DNA of 58,512 bases, counting the filler, from Ionaspis alba (taxonomy: Eukaryota): NCBI GenBank assembly GCA_964255285.1. It is 7 parts of 7 records of this genome, joined end to end, with 100 filler letters (N's around TTAATTAATTAA, not from the genome) between each part and the next. Parts side by side here need not be neighbours in the genome. Positions count along the whole stretch, not along the records: positions 8,408 to 16,701 come from CAXUUL010000758.1; positions 16,802 to 25,088 come from CAXUUL010000759.1; 5 more parts are not named here. The stretch is one strand, 5' to 3'. A program made the translations under genes and the position numbers. The notes beneath the pieces are model-generated. The model was not told where the DNA came from and searched no databases. It saw only the letters and a list, made by a program, of their open reading frames with translations. Shown here one piece after another: positions 11,301-23,520 of the stretch (positions are counted from its first letter, which is position 1; each line of letters opens with the position of its first letter).

Positions 11301-14300
11301 ATGGATATCTTTGTGCGGAACATACCAGACCAGGCCAGTAACAAAAACCTGGAGATATTCTTTCGGAAGCAGTTCCGACCCTTCAGCATTGACGATTTCG
11401 CTTGCCAGAAGCTAAAAACGCGAGGATGTGCGATTCTGACGGTGCTAGATGCCCAGAAAGCCCAGCGCTTCCTCGACATCTACGCATCGGCCTCCGAGAA
11501 AGGTACAGTGCGCACAAGGGCACATGCACTGAAATACATGGACAGAGATCTGTTCTGCTCCCCGAGCAAACACAAGCCCGATGAGATGTTACTGCAGACC
11601 TTACGCAAAGAGGTAAAGGACAAAGGGAACCAGGCCCGCAGCAAGGCATCAGCAAGTGTTTCCGCTGAGAAGGTTGACCGTGAATTCGAGTATACCTGGG
11701 TTCGATGTGGTTTTTGGGACTACCAAACGTCCGACCTAGTCTTCGTCTCTCAGTTCGTGGACCGAAGAATGGGTTCCATCGCATTCGGGAAGAAGAATTT
11801 GGCGTTAATGGCTTATTCTGACAGTACTACCCCCGTGACGTACCGACTTGATGTTCCCTATTCAAGCGTCCAGTCCATTACAACCGGAAGCTTCCAAGAC
11901 CCTTCGCTTACCATTACTCTGTCTGAAGCTCCAAGAGTCTATCAGCAGTTTAAGGGAAATCCCAACTCCATTCAATCTTGGTTTGATGCTCTCGGATTAG
12001 ATCCGAAAGCGCAAGCCAAACCCAAACGGAGAAGAGTGGCAAGCCTTGGTGGACCTCATGAGCGTATCATAAGCAGTTGTTTTGTGTACCGAGCATTGAT
12101 TTCGGACCCTAGCAAGATCCGTTCCATTGGCCTACTACTTCGAAAAGGCTGGGAGATGCCGCCAAGTATCCCGTGGCCTACTTCTGTTGTTGCGCCTAGT
12201 TCATTGTATGCGACAGAAATGGATCTGCTCATTTCAACCCTGTGCAATCGATATAACTCGTTCACTTTCGGTCTCCAGTTTCAGGTGCAGAGACTTGCTC
12301 AGAATGGTTATCTGGCTCCAGCTCGTGTGCTTGAGCTACTACCCCATATTTTGCAGATTTTCCGTCATTCGGGCGGCTTCACAGCTGCTGAGGCTCTTCG
12401 AAAACTGTCTAGGCAGCTCCCATTTGCGGGCCCCAATGTCGACGGCGAAGTGTTTGCCACAGAACGTATAGGGAAGCTCGTCAGAGAAAACGAGAAGGCT
12501 AGCACACGAGAGCTGGCTCACAACTTCAGCGTTACGAAGCAACACCCACACATCGGTCTTGTTCACAAGGCATTGGTAACGCCTGCCGGCGTTTACCTCG
12601 AAGGACCGGAACCGGAGACGAAAAATCGAGTGTTACGGGCGTATTCCGAACATGCAGACCATTTCATCCGTGTCACCTTCTCGGGTGAAGACGGAGAGCG
12701 AATGGCCTTCGACCGTTTTGTGTCCCTCGAGGAGATTTTCCATTCGAGGTTCAAAAACGTACTTGACGGAGTCATTTCTATAGCAGGTCGTCGCTTCGAA
12801 TTCCTTGGCTTTTCGCATTCGTCATTACGGGACCAGACTTGCTGGTTCATGGCTCCTTTCGAGGACAACGGTGTGCTGCTGAATGCAACAGCCGTTATTG
12901 CCAACCTCGGTAATTTCTCTGCGATTCGATCTCCGGCGAAATGTGCTGCGAGAATCGGCCAGGCTTTTTCCAACACCGACGGAGCCGTGAGAATATCTCC
13001 AGCGATTGTCGACGAGATCCCGGACGTCGAGAGAAATCGGAGGGTCTTTTCCGATGGCGTAGGAACAATCTCGGCGGAGACTCTGGCCATGCTCTGGAAA
13101 GAGTATGCTCCTGCGAGAAAGTCGAAACCGACGTTATATCAGATCAGATTCGCAGGTATGTGACTACATCCGTAACTTCAAACCAGCCATGAAACCTTTT
13201 ATGATCGAGCATGACCCCTGTCTCGCATCCAAGGAAGCGGCCTAATTCTTTTCTCTGGAGCGACTGTGATGTAGGACTTGGTACTGACCTTCTGTTGCGT
13301 AGGAGCCAAGGGGATGATATCTCTCGACACGAGGCTTGAAGGCGAGGCCTTGTTGCTTCGCCCATCCATGATTAAGTTTACGGGCTCGAACGCGTCAGAT
13401 ATCGAAATCTGTGGATCGGCCTCTCGACCACTTCCGATGTATCTCAATCGCCAATACATCAAAATCATGGAAGACCTGGGAGTTGACCCTAGCGTATTTA
13501 TGGAACTGCAGAACGCTGCCGTGGAGCGGCTTCGTCGCTCCACACTTTCTGCGGTCAATGCCGCCAGCTTTTTGGAGCGTGAACTCGTTGGCAAAACAGC
13601 CCGAGTGCCTTGGCTCATTCGGAAGCTCTACTACATAGGATTTGAATTCCTGGAGGACCCTTTCCTTCGAGGAGTAGTCGAGCTGGCCGTACTGTCACAA
13701 CTTCGGGAGCTGAAGCACCGTTCTCGCATCTTCGTGGAGCAAGGTGTAACGCTATACGGCATCATGGACGAGATGGACACTCTTGCTGAGGGTGAAATCT
13801 ATTGCCGCACTGATAAAGAGGTTATCATCGGCAAAGTCACAATCACCCGGGCGCCGGCATTACATCCAGGAGACATACAAGTTGCCAACGCAGTTGATGT
13901 TCCCATTGAATCTCCACTCAATGCTCTGCACAACTGCATCGTGTTCAGTCAACAGGGCCAGCGAGATCTCCCAAGTCAATTGAGCGGTGGTGACCTTGAT
14001 GGAGACATCTACAGTGTGATTTATGATCCCCGTCTGCTACCTCCACGCGTTGTCGAACCCGCAGATTATCCGAGAGTCGCCCCAAAGGACATAGGCAGGC
14101 TGGTTACGAAGAAGGACATGACTGATTTCTTCATCGACTTCATGGAGAACGATCAGCTGGGGAGGATTGCTACTATTCATATGCAGCTGGCAGATCGCAG
14201 CGATGGAGGAACCCAGCACCCAGATTGTATCACCTTGGCTGAAATGCATTCGACTGCAGTGGATTTTTCCAAGACGGGAATCCCAGTGTGTAGCATTCTT

Positions 14301-15172
14301 GCTTCAATCGAACAATTGTTAACAACGTCTGCAGGTTAACATGAAAAAATGTCCAAAGTACAATCTATGCCGACCTGACTTTATGGCTCCTAGTCCCCGA
14401 GTGACCGTCGAGAAAGGCACCTGGGCCCTCGAAGAGAAGTCACCGCGCAGTTTTGCCGAAGAAGACGAAGAAGACCCTGTAAGCGCGCTCGACCCAGATG
14501 CGAAAAGCTACCGCTACTACGAAAGTGAAAAGGTTCTGGGCAAACTCTATCGAGCTATTGATGAAAAGAACTTCCTTGCTGAACTACAGAGACGAGCCCG
14601 AGAGCTAGAAGCCACCGATAGTTTCGACCAGACTCTAATCCACCGGCTATGGGCTTACGTTCGGAGCCAGACGCGCCTTATACAGTGGGACCATTATCGT
14701 GAATGGGCGTACGAGATCAAAGAGGCGTAAGTACTTCCTCGCCTTCCCCCCTACCTCGTACCTTTCCAAACCGTCCAGCCGAAGGGCAGGCTGACCACAT
14801 GCTAGCTACGAAACGCAACTTCTCAACACCATCTACCAATACAGCACTAACCCCGCGCATGTTATCAGCGAGCTCGAAGTCTTCGTCGGCACCCTACTCG
14901 GCAAGAACGGGGGTGTCCGAAACCATCGCCTTCGCGAGATGTCGAGAGATATGAAAGAGACTTTTGAGCGTGACGTCGCCTTCACTGTCGATTGCATAGT
15001 AAAGGGTTCGCAAGAGGAGGACGGAAAGGACGAGGCGCTAGAAAGGTCCATTGCATGCTTGGCTGTTGCGGTGGAGGAAGCGGGGAATACGCGGGAGAGA
15101 GCGAGGAGAAAGCTGGAGAGTTTTCGGTATATTGCCGTTGCAATTTGCTTGAGGGAAATGGAGAGGCTCTAA
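11301..15172 (+). CDS. Cellular RNA-dependent RNA polymerase of RNA silencing (RRP-3/SAD-1-like rather than QDE-1-like)
   Basis: Catalytic LSGGDLDGD; KCAARIGQAFS, FSDGVGTIS, QIRFAGAKGM, RAPALHPGD, AVDFSKTG; RRM-like N-terminus MDIFVRNIP. Introns 13156-13302, 14286-14334, 14727-14805. Confidence 0.95.
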
Positions 15173-15618
15173 AAGAGCTTGGGGTTGCAGTTTCCGCTCT
15201 GGGCGGCATTGGGAGCTGTTGGGTGAGACGAATGAGGCGGATGAACTCCCATGCATAAATGACGATTATTTCTAAGAACAAATCCGCAGAAACCAGGAGG
15301 AAGGTCCTGTAAGATCAGCATAGATGGTTCCACAAACTCAATGAATGAGCGTAGTTTCTCTCCATGTCTGGCGAAAAGTGGACGCTATATTTTTTAAAAC
15401 ATGTGCCACGTTGGTGGAACCCTCAAACCGTGTCAGGGAACTTATGAACGCACTAACCCCAAGGGGGAGATCAAAGCAGCTGGGATAGGGTAACCCTGCG
15501 ATGGATTTTCGCGAAGACTGCGGCTTTGAATGATCAGGGTGATAAGTCTGACAAGGACTTCATCATGTGTAATTCGAAGGACCGTGGAAATTGTTGATGT
15601 TGAGATCATTGGCGCTAT

Positions 15619-15784
15619 TGTTAGGGCATGGACTCAGGCCAAGATTGCCAAGGGGCTAAGCTACGCTAGTGCACGTGACTAGCGCATGTATATAGTACCC
15701 TTTTTAGCCTACAATCAAGCTACAGAGTTACACACTACAAGAGACCACCCCCCCCATGGATGGTTGCGTAGTTGTGACTCAACA
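15619..15784. mobile_element. Solo LTR (166 bp) with 5-bp target-site duplication GCTAT
   Basis: Starts TGTTAG, ends CTCAACA. GCTAT at 15614-15618 and 15785-15789. Internal TATATAG box. A second diverged copy lies nearby. Confidence 0.8.
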
Positions 15785-15928
15785 GCTATAGCCTGAAACC
15801 TGCTGTTTCGAAAAAGCAGAAGCAGTGAAACCAACATGGTATCTGGTAGGCCGGATGAGTGACTGGTAGGATTATGTCGAGATCGTTTCCATCTTGGCGG
15901 GCTAGATATAAAACATGAAGATCTAGAT

Positions 15929-16093
15929 TATTAGATCAAGACTCAGGCATAGGGTTGCCAAGGGGCAAAGGCTACGCTAGTGCACGTGACTAGCGTATCT
16001 ATATAGTACCGTTTTTAGTCTACAACCAATCTACAGAGTTACACACTATAGAGATTCCCCGCCCATGGATGGTTGCGTAGTCGTGACTCAACA
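15929..16093. mobile_element. Second, more decayed copy of the same LTR family
   Basis: Colinear with 15619-15784 (shared GCTAGTGCACGTGACTAGCG, CTACAGAGTTACACACTA, CCCATGGATGGTTGCGTAG). Starts TATTAG (TG>TA), ends CTCAACA. Its own flanks TAGAT/GCCAT do not match. Confidence 0.72.
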
Positions 16094-16701
16094 GCCATCG
16101 GTTGCTGTTTGCTGGATTGCTCCCAAAAGAGCTCGCCGATCAAAAAATGATTGAAGTTACTGGGAAGTTCTCGACCGCGGCTCCGAAAAAGCGCTTCTCG
16201 GACCCACTCCATCGCCCAGGGCTTGGATCGATGGATCGGTGGTATCAGCCCTGCTTTCACGACACCAGGGACCACGTCTGGCTTCCTTGTTTCACTTTCC
16301 ATGTCCTCCCTCTCCGATGCGTGGCTGCCGGCCTCCACCTCGTGCTCGTCCACGTGATAATTGTAGCCGTGCACGCGCAAGGCTTTGGAGAATTGAGATT
16401 TTTTGGACTGGATTACAGCCCGCAGCCTGCGGATCGTCGTAAGCGATTCGATGGAGAATTGGTGATCCGGTTGGGAGCAAAGTATTCTCCATCGTTGTGC
16501 CCGTTCACGGCGGCTTTACCCACCTCATAGAAGTCCAGGCTGAGCCGAGTCAAAGAGGACTTACACTCCTGCGGCGTCATTTGTCGGCTGCCCATCGCTT
16601 CCAGTGGACGTCGTGACTCTGTTATCGCTTCCTCGAGATCCTTCCATAATTTCGGGAGTTCCTGCTTGACGTGCTCGAAGAGCATCTGGCTCAGACGGTC
16701 C
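16094..16701 (-). pseudogene. Fungal dynamin-like/Mx-like GTPase fragment (middle region), frameshifted and cut by an LTR
   Basis: RLSQMLFEHVKQELPKL..KAAVNGH.DGEYF, frameshift about 16441-16480, then RRLRAVIQ..RSRGRELPSNFN..IGELFWEQS. Similarity stops at the LTR edge; 5' part lost at scaffold end. Confidence 0.75.
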
Positions 16702-16801
16702 NNNNNNNNNNNNNNNNNNNNNNNNNNNNNNNNNNNNNNNNNNNNTTAATTAATTAANNNNNNNNNNNNNNNNNNNNNNNNNNNNNNNNNNNNNNNNNNN
16801 N

Positions 16802-17665
16802 ATACCAACCAATCCTACTGATCCGAACCTACCCTCGGATGATGCAACCTGTAACCGACTGGCGATGCCGACAACTGCAGCTCAGGTGAATGCATCCATT
16901 TACAGCCAGTGTTTCAATAATCAAACTTGTGCGACTTGGTTTGCAGCCGTCACTTATTTGAACGCTACAAGACCTTGGTATGATCCACTCGTCTAGCTTG
17001 ACACCTCTGTCACTTTGTTAGTTACTTGCCAGGTATACTAACCAGTAGTAGTTTCGACGTCTACAACATCGGCCACAACTGCAGGACTCAGACCCACATC
17101 GAGGGCATCGTCGCGTACTTCAACGGTCCCGCTGTGCGCACTGCTATCCATGCTCCCAACAAGACCGTTGTGGCTTGCAACCAGACGATCCTTGAGACCC
17201 TAAGCCCGGAGGAGATCGAAGCACCAGCCCATGCTATCATCCCTAGCATTCTGGAGCAGGGTATTGCAGTCCACATCTACTCGGGTGACTACGATTTCCT
17301 GCTCAATCACATTGGGACGGAATTGGTTATCCAGAATATGACTTGGTAAGATTTTCCTACCTGCTAAGACATCACTCAAGACTTAGAGAGCTGATTTCAT
17401 TTTCGTAGGTGCTCAAAACAAGGCTTGCAGTCTCCACCCAACAACACCTTCTACGTAGACGGCAAACCTGCAGGTAACTGGGGCTCAGGTGTAAGTCCCC
17501 TTGTCCACTCAATTCCAGAAGACTCATACTGACAAGAAGACAAAGCGCAATCTCTCCTACCACCGCATCCACAGATCAGGCCATCAAGTTCCACACGATC
17601 GTCCCGCTGCAGCTTTTGCGTATGTGAGGGACTTTGTTGTTGGAAACGTGGGCTTTCATGCTTGA
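16802..17665 (+). CDS. Serine carboxypeptidase (S10 family), 3' portion
   Basis: FDVYNI, YFNGPAVRTAIHAP, catalytic Asp region IYSGDYDFLLN, catalytic His region SGHQVPHDRP. Several short introns; stop at 17663-17665. Confidence 0.8.
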
Positions 17666-19622
17666 GATCCATCGGGCTCTTATAGCGGATTTGGGCTATG
17701 GTGCCTATGCGTGGATGCTTCGTCTGCGGGGAGTGAATGGAAAAGTGAATACTAAAAGTTTATGGGGTTTTATTTTGCAGCAGAAGCTCGTTGATAAGGG
17801 CTTGGAATCTGGCTGTGGAAGGCTATAGACATTTCTTTTTTCTTGTCAAGGGATGAAGAATTTTCTGAGGGAGAGCTCAGGTATTGGACTTGCGATGTAT
17901 ACTAGCAACTCGACTCGTAGATCAGAAAAGCCTACGGTCCCCTACTCATGCCCTTCAAATTCATAGACAATCGTACATCCCGTTCGATTGAGTATCCCAG
18001 TCTCCACCTCATAACCATGCGAGGAACGCTTTCCCAACCCAAGAATAGGGCACCTCAATACTTGCAGCCTCTTCGAGCCACAACATCCTGCGCTTTAAGT
18101 ACGACATGCTCATAACGTGGCTATGGAATAGGGAGGGGGGCTTCGGCACTTAGAAGATGGTACGGGGAGTATTGGTATCACAGTTGCATTATTGAGGAAA
18201 ATTGGTGCTGCATTGCGTCGGTTATTGAGGTATGGATGTTCCTATTCTTGGTAGATGGGGGATTGCGTCCATTACTGAACGAGTAAGGCTTTGTAATGAC
18301 AGCGTGAAATATCCCTCCTCAATTACTTCCCTATCACAGGCAATGAGATAATCTCCCTCACGGCGCGAAAAAGCAGCCCCAGAAATAGCGACCCCTATCC
18401 GTGGCGGGCGTGTATTATTACATCATGACTCTCGCACAAGCCGCCGGCCCCCACCAGCTCAGGCAATTCAATGATTATCATCATTCAAAAAAGCTCCACA
18501 CTCGAGCTTCTTGTCCACCTTCTTTCGTCACTAGNNNNNNNNNNNNNNNNNNNNNNNNNNNNNNNNNNNNNNNNNNNNNNNNNNNNNNNNNNNNNNNNNN
18601 NNNNNNNNNNNNNNNNNNNNNNNNNNNNNNNNNNCCAGTGCTGGTTCCGCTTTAGGGTTTGGGTGGCTTGACCCGGCTACCTGACTTTGTGTTGCTGCAG
18701 AGGGCCCGATGGGGGATCGAGATCGGTCGGTGGGGGGAGGGTACTCCCCAATGGTCTTGATAGATGTGGGCAGTGGTGTTCTTGTTGTTCTTGTTGTCGT
18801 TGTTGTACTGTGGTGCTGCTTTTTTGTGTTTCTTGCTTGAATTACTCATGAGGTGAAGGGAAGGAGGAGGAAATGACCGTCTCAGCTGCGCGGGGAGTGA
18901 ATATAGTGCCCGATGTGGGGAAGAGATCTGAGGTGATCCGCAGCGGCTTCTTACCGACGACTTAGACCATTTGATGCCAGACAATTGGCTTTCGAAAGGA
19001 AAATGTATATTTGAATTTCGCCTGTTGGTGCAGCGAACTACTTCAACTTCCCGGAACGATTGGAAGTCCAGCTCTGAATAAACCTCCTAAGTGGCTCCGG
19101 GAACCATCTCCTCGATCTAAACCAAATATCCTCGAGCTACTATCTCCTAACCACCAACCGTGGTTGATCTGCAACGATCTGGAATCCCAGGCAGGAACCT
19201 TCCTCTCGGGGTTCCATTTACCGAATCCCGTCGTTCCTTCCACAACGGTCCTCCTATATCAAACAATCTTCTTCCGCGCCTTCCAAAACATCCAATCGTC
19301 AGTCTCTACCCTTGAACCTCACGTCTCAGCTTTGCCACTATCGCCGTCCAATAGCTAACCTCTTGCTTCGAATCCTAAGAGCTTCTCCTCTCTTCCCTTC
19401 TTCGCCTCTGCCATTCAACCGCATCATTGCGGGTGGACGTGCTTGCTGCGGCTTTACCTTTGGAGTTTGACGGGTAATTGGCGTCTGGGATACCAATCGA
19501 TAATCGCATGGTCTCAAGATCTATCTCGAGAGAGAGTCCGTGGAGTCTGGCGACCTGAGCAATCGACCTCTTCCGTGATTCGTACATCTTTCCCCCAGGT
19601 GATCTGAGGATCCGCGACAATC

Positions 19623-22284
19623 ATGGCGACTCCTACCGATTCTCCACCTGCCTACCCGCAGGATTTCGTCTTTCACTCCTATAGTGCTGGTTTCATCGTT
19701 CTTTCGTACTTCGTCAGCGTGGTCGGATGCTGGACAGCTCTCGAGCTGCTTCATCGGCGGACGGGAACTCGTGGTCTGTATAATTGGTGAGTTCTGCCAG
19801 TCAGGATAAATTTCTGCTCTGCTCCAGTCGTCTTAGTCAAAGTATATCAAGCTAACAAGCTGTCAGGTATCTTCTGCTCGGTGCTGCGACATCAATGGGA
19901 GCTGTAGCAATATGGTCAATGCACTTCATCGGAAATCGAGCCATCAACATGGCAAACGGTGAACCTGACATGCAGATTCTCTACTCTCCCGCTTTCACAG
20001 CTGGATCTTTTTTCCTCCCTATATGCGCAGTTGCAATCGCCTTCTTCCTTTTCACCATCACGGAAAACGTCAGCATTATCGGTACCTTAGCAGGTGGCTT
20101 CCTGTCCGGTATGGCCATCTGCGGAATGCACTATCTTGGCCAGGGAGGTATCTCAAATTATCATGCGGTGTATGATGTCAAGTACATTGTTGGTTCCGCG
20201 GCTGTCGCGGTGGTAGCTGCGACAACAGCACTCGGGGTTTTTTTCTATTTCAAGTCAGCCTGGACCAATACACTCTGGAAGAGAATGTCGTGCGCTCTCT
20301 TGTTGGCGGTGGCTGTTTCTGGAATGCATTGGGTCGCCACAGTGGGAACAAACTACCGACTAAAGGAGCTCGATAATGCGAATATCGACGGCCTTGGGAG
20401 ACGGACTACCGTCGTGGTTGTGCTGTGCTTGGTGAGAATTCTTCCACGTGTGAGCCCGCTTTCTTAGCTGATATCGTGCCAGGCTGTGGGTTGCTGTCTG
20501 ACCCTGGTCATGTTTGCAGTCATCGGTCAAAGATCTCGACAGAGATACAGAGATCGAGCTCAACAGGTTGTCCTAGCGTGTGCCACATGGGATGCTGATG
20601 GTAGACTTCTTGTTACTCCAGAAGGTGTATTGCCATGCCGGAAGATAACGAATTCCTATGTGGAAAGGGTAAGCATAGGGACTAACGTTTTCTCCGATGA
20701 ACTAGCTAATATCACTAGTCCCTCGACGATGTTTTCAGCATTGAACATCCGGTCTTCTGTTGGATATTCCGCGCATCTCGTCACTGGGAAGGCGTCGCAG
20801 ATCTAATTCCAGGTATGCGCAATCATCTTCGTGCCAGCAGCTATGTCAATGGAACTCGACGTGGATCGGCAGCCGGACCAGGCAAAGACACACCAGATGG
20901 TATCGAGGATTATTCTCAAGTCTTCAAAGAACTCTTTTGCGTTGCTGCCTCTGATCTCGCCTCCATGTTTCAGGAGCCTTTAGAAAATCTGGGAGTACTC
21001 TGGGACGAGATCATGAGTACCGGCACTGTCCGGAGCAGCACGAAGTCCAGGATCCTTCAGCAAAACAACGGTGATGTCGAGGCCAAGGACATTGAGGCTA
21101 ATCAGATGCCTTTCGGTCGTGGCCAGCTTCTTTTTGCTGTGCGTCAAGTCAACAAAATGGAGGCTGCCCAACTACAAGCCACCGGATTCCGGTTTGCCTC
21201 TGTACCTCACATCATCGATCACCTTGCGAGAAGTATGCAAGTAACCCAAGGAGAGCTACGACCTCGGTTGGATAAGATGCGTACATATCCCATGGAAGCA
21301 CGAATGCTCCGACCCGGTGTCCACGTTGCCTGTTTCGCACTCCGCCCTCTACCCCACGGCCGCGGCTTCGACATTCTAGCAAACAAAGCTGCAAGCAATC
21401 TCCTACCCACCGTTAAGTTACCGGTCGACCGACTAACCCGCTTCCACACGGACATGATCAGCCGCTTCGACAACTGGAAAATCAGCCAATGCCTCGAATT
21501 CTTCGCCCGGCCCTCCACAAAAGAATCCGCCACCCCCGACGAACAGCGCTTCTTCGAACAACTCTTCAACGGCATCTTCACCCTGACCGAAACCATCGAA
21601 AACCCCTTCATCATGGACGCGAAACTAACCGCCCGCCCCCTGCGCACCCAATGCAGCGCTCCAGACGCCATCGGCGGCCTCGGCCAAGCCGAAATCATCG
21701 CCTTCAGAATCATGATCGACGTGCACGAATCCCGCCTCCTCAACGGCCCCGTCGAATTCACCTCCTCCCGCTTCTTCCTCTGCCAACAACACGTCTACGC
21801 GCGCTCCCCCGACCACGCCATCTTCGCCCGTCGCGCCCACCAAGAATTCGCCCGCCTCGTCCAACCGAAAGAGCGCCTCGGCCCCTCCAGGACTTCCACC
21901 AACACCGCCCAGAAATCGCCCCGCAGTTTGCTGAACCGCATGCCCTCGTCCCCCGCGCTGGGGAAATGGGCCCTTGCGAAAACGAAGCGGTTTTCGAACC
22001 ATTCGATGGATCAGGGCGATAGTTCTTCTGAGAAGGATCTTGTGGATGAAGCGGTGCCGTTGCCGGCGTTGGTTAATGAGGGGAATCCGTTTGGCGGGAT
22101 TCATGTTTCGAATGAGGTCAGTGTGGATGTTATGGAGGCGAGGAGGGAGGATAAGAGTCCGGATGTGGAGATGGCGCATTTGGGGGTTTGGAACGAGGCG
22201 AGTGTGGCGCCTGTTGAGAGGGAGTCGTTTGTTGATGAGTTGATGGCTTTGACGATTAGTGAGAGGAGGTTTCAGAGGTCGTGA
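19623..22284 (+). CDS. MHYT-domain integral membrane sensor protein
   Basis: IVLSYFVSVVGCWTALELL, AIWSMHFIG, ICGMHYLG, VSGMHWVA repeats. Introns about 19787-19867, 20432-20483, 20669-20718. Long soluble C-terminus. Confidence 0.9.
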
Positions 22285-23520
22285 ACGGGGGGGAAACCTG
22301 TGTTGGATGGGTGCTTGGGGTGGTTGCTTGTTGTACAGTCCTTTTCCTTCGTTCTTTGCTTTGCTTCCCCTACATATACCCCTGTTATCATTCTCCAGCT
22401 TCTTCCTCTTCTTCTCTCTCTTTCCGTCATGTCCTGCTTTCATCTTTGCTGGCGGTTGACTGCATGTCCTGGCGTCTGGACGGTGGCATCTTTCGGGCTT
22501 TGTAATGTCACGGATACCGGTGGACGTGTGGGTAGTGAGGAGTAACGGGTTACGTCTGTGGATGTGTGCATTGATTAGCTGCCGATGNNNNNNNNNNNNN
22601 NNNNNNNNNNNNNNNNNNNNNNNNNNNNNNNNNNNNNNNNNNNNNNNNNNNNNNNNNNNNNNNNNNNNNNNNNNNNNNNNNNNNNNNAATCCAGGATGAG
22701 TATCAATGAAAGCGCTGGTTCGCCACGTGAAAAAATGAAGCAACGATATACAGTTGGAATTCGAGAAGGGTAGACTACTCTGTAGGTCTGATAATAAGTC
22801 GCGCGCAAAATGCCATGCAGCTTTGTTGAACGAAGAGGAACTGCTCCAAAAAGTTGAGCGAGGTGCTGCAACTCTGGTTGCTTTTTCTCCTTCGTATGTG
22901 GTGTGAGGCTTCAGTTCTCTTCATCAGTCATATGATAGGAGATCTGCACCTCCTGAGAAGCTCATTGAGTGCCATTCGCGGATTGTGCATGAAGACACCC
23001 ATTTTGATCTACTGCAGTGGTGTATTGCATTCAATGAAGCTACTGAGATTCCGGGTTTGAGCCATGCACCCCACGATCTCAATTGTCAAAGACCAATGGA
23101 ACAGCAGAAGTCACCACTCCTCGGAACAGGTCTTCCGCAATTCTTCGCGTAGTCAACGAATAAACGCAGGTTTCGTGAGAACTGCCAATGTTCATGTGTG
23201 TACAATTCAACAACCCCGTCACCATCCAATGTTCAGCCATCTGCTTTCGGTCTCTTGAAGGGTTACACGGGGACAGGACACATGGAGTTGCCCTCTCCGT
23301 CACTTAGAGTACCGAGCACGCCCGAGTGAATTGTCTGCAGCAGCCCCGCATGCTCCACCCCGGAGCAGCCCCCGAATGCTCTGAATCTGGAGATATAAAC
23401 CTTCAATAGTCCCAGTATTCGGTACCAAGTCCAAACTATCTGTCTTTACATACAAGCCGAGACGTTCTCCATTGCCATCAAAGCACAAAAACTATCACTC
23501 CTTGTTTAACCTCATTCAAA

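Noticed and set aside
15660..15700. Hairpin read as a Helitron 3' end, a hAT TIR (TAGGGTTGCCA at 15950) or a tRNA-derived SINE
   Set aside because: No matching opposite TIR or B-box. TG..CA ends with a 5-bp TSD fit an LTR better.
18651..18665. TTTAGGGTTTGGG telomere-like word
   Set aside because: Only one true TTAGGG unit; no array.
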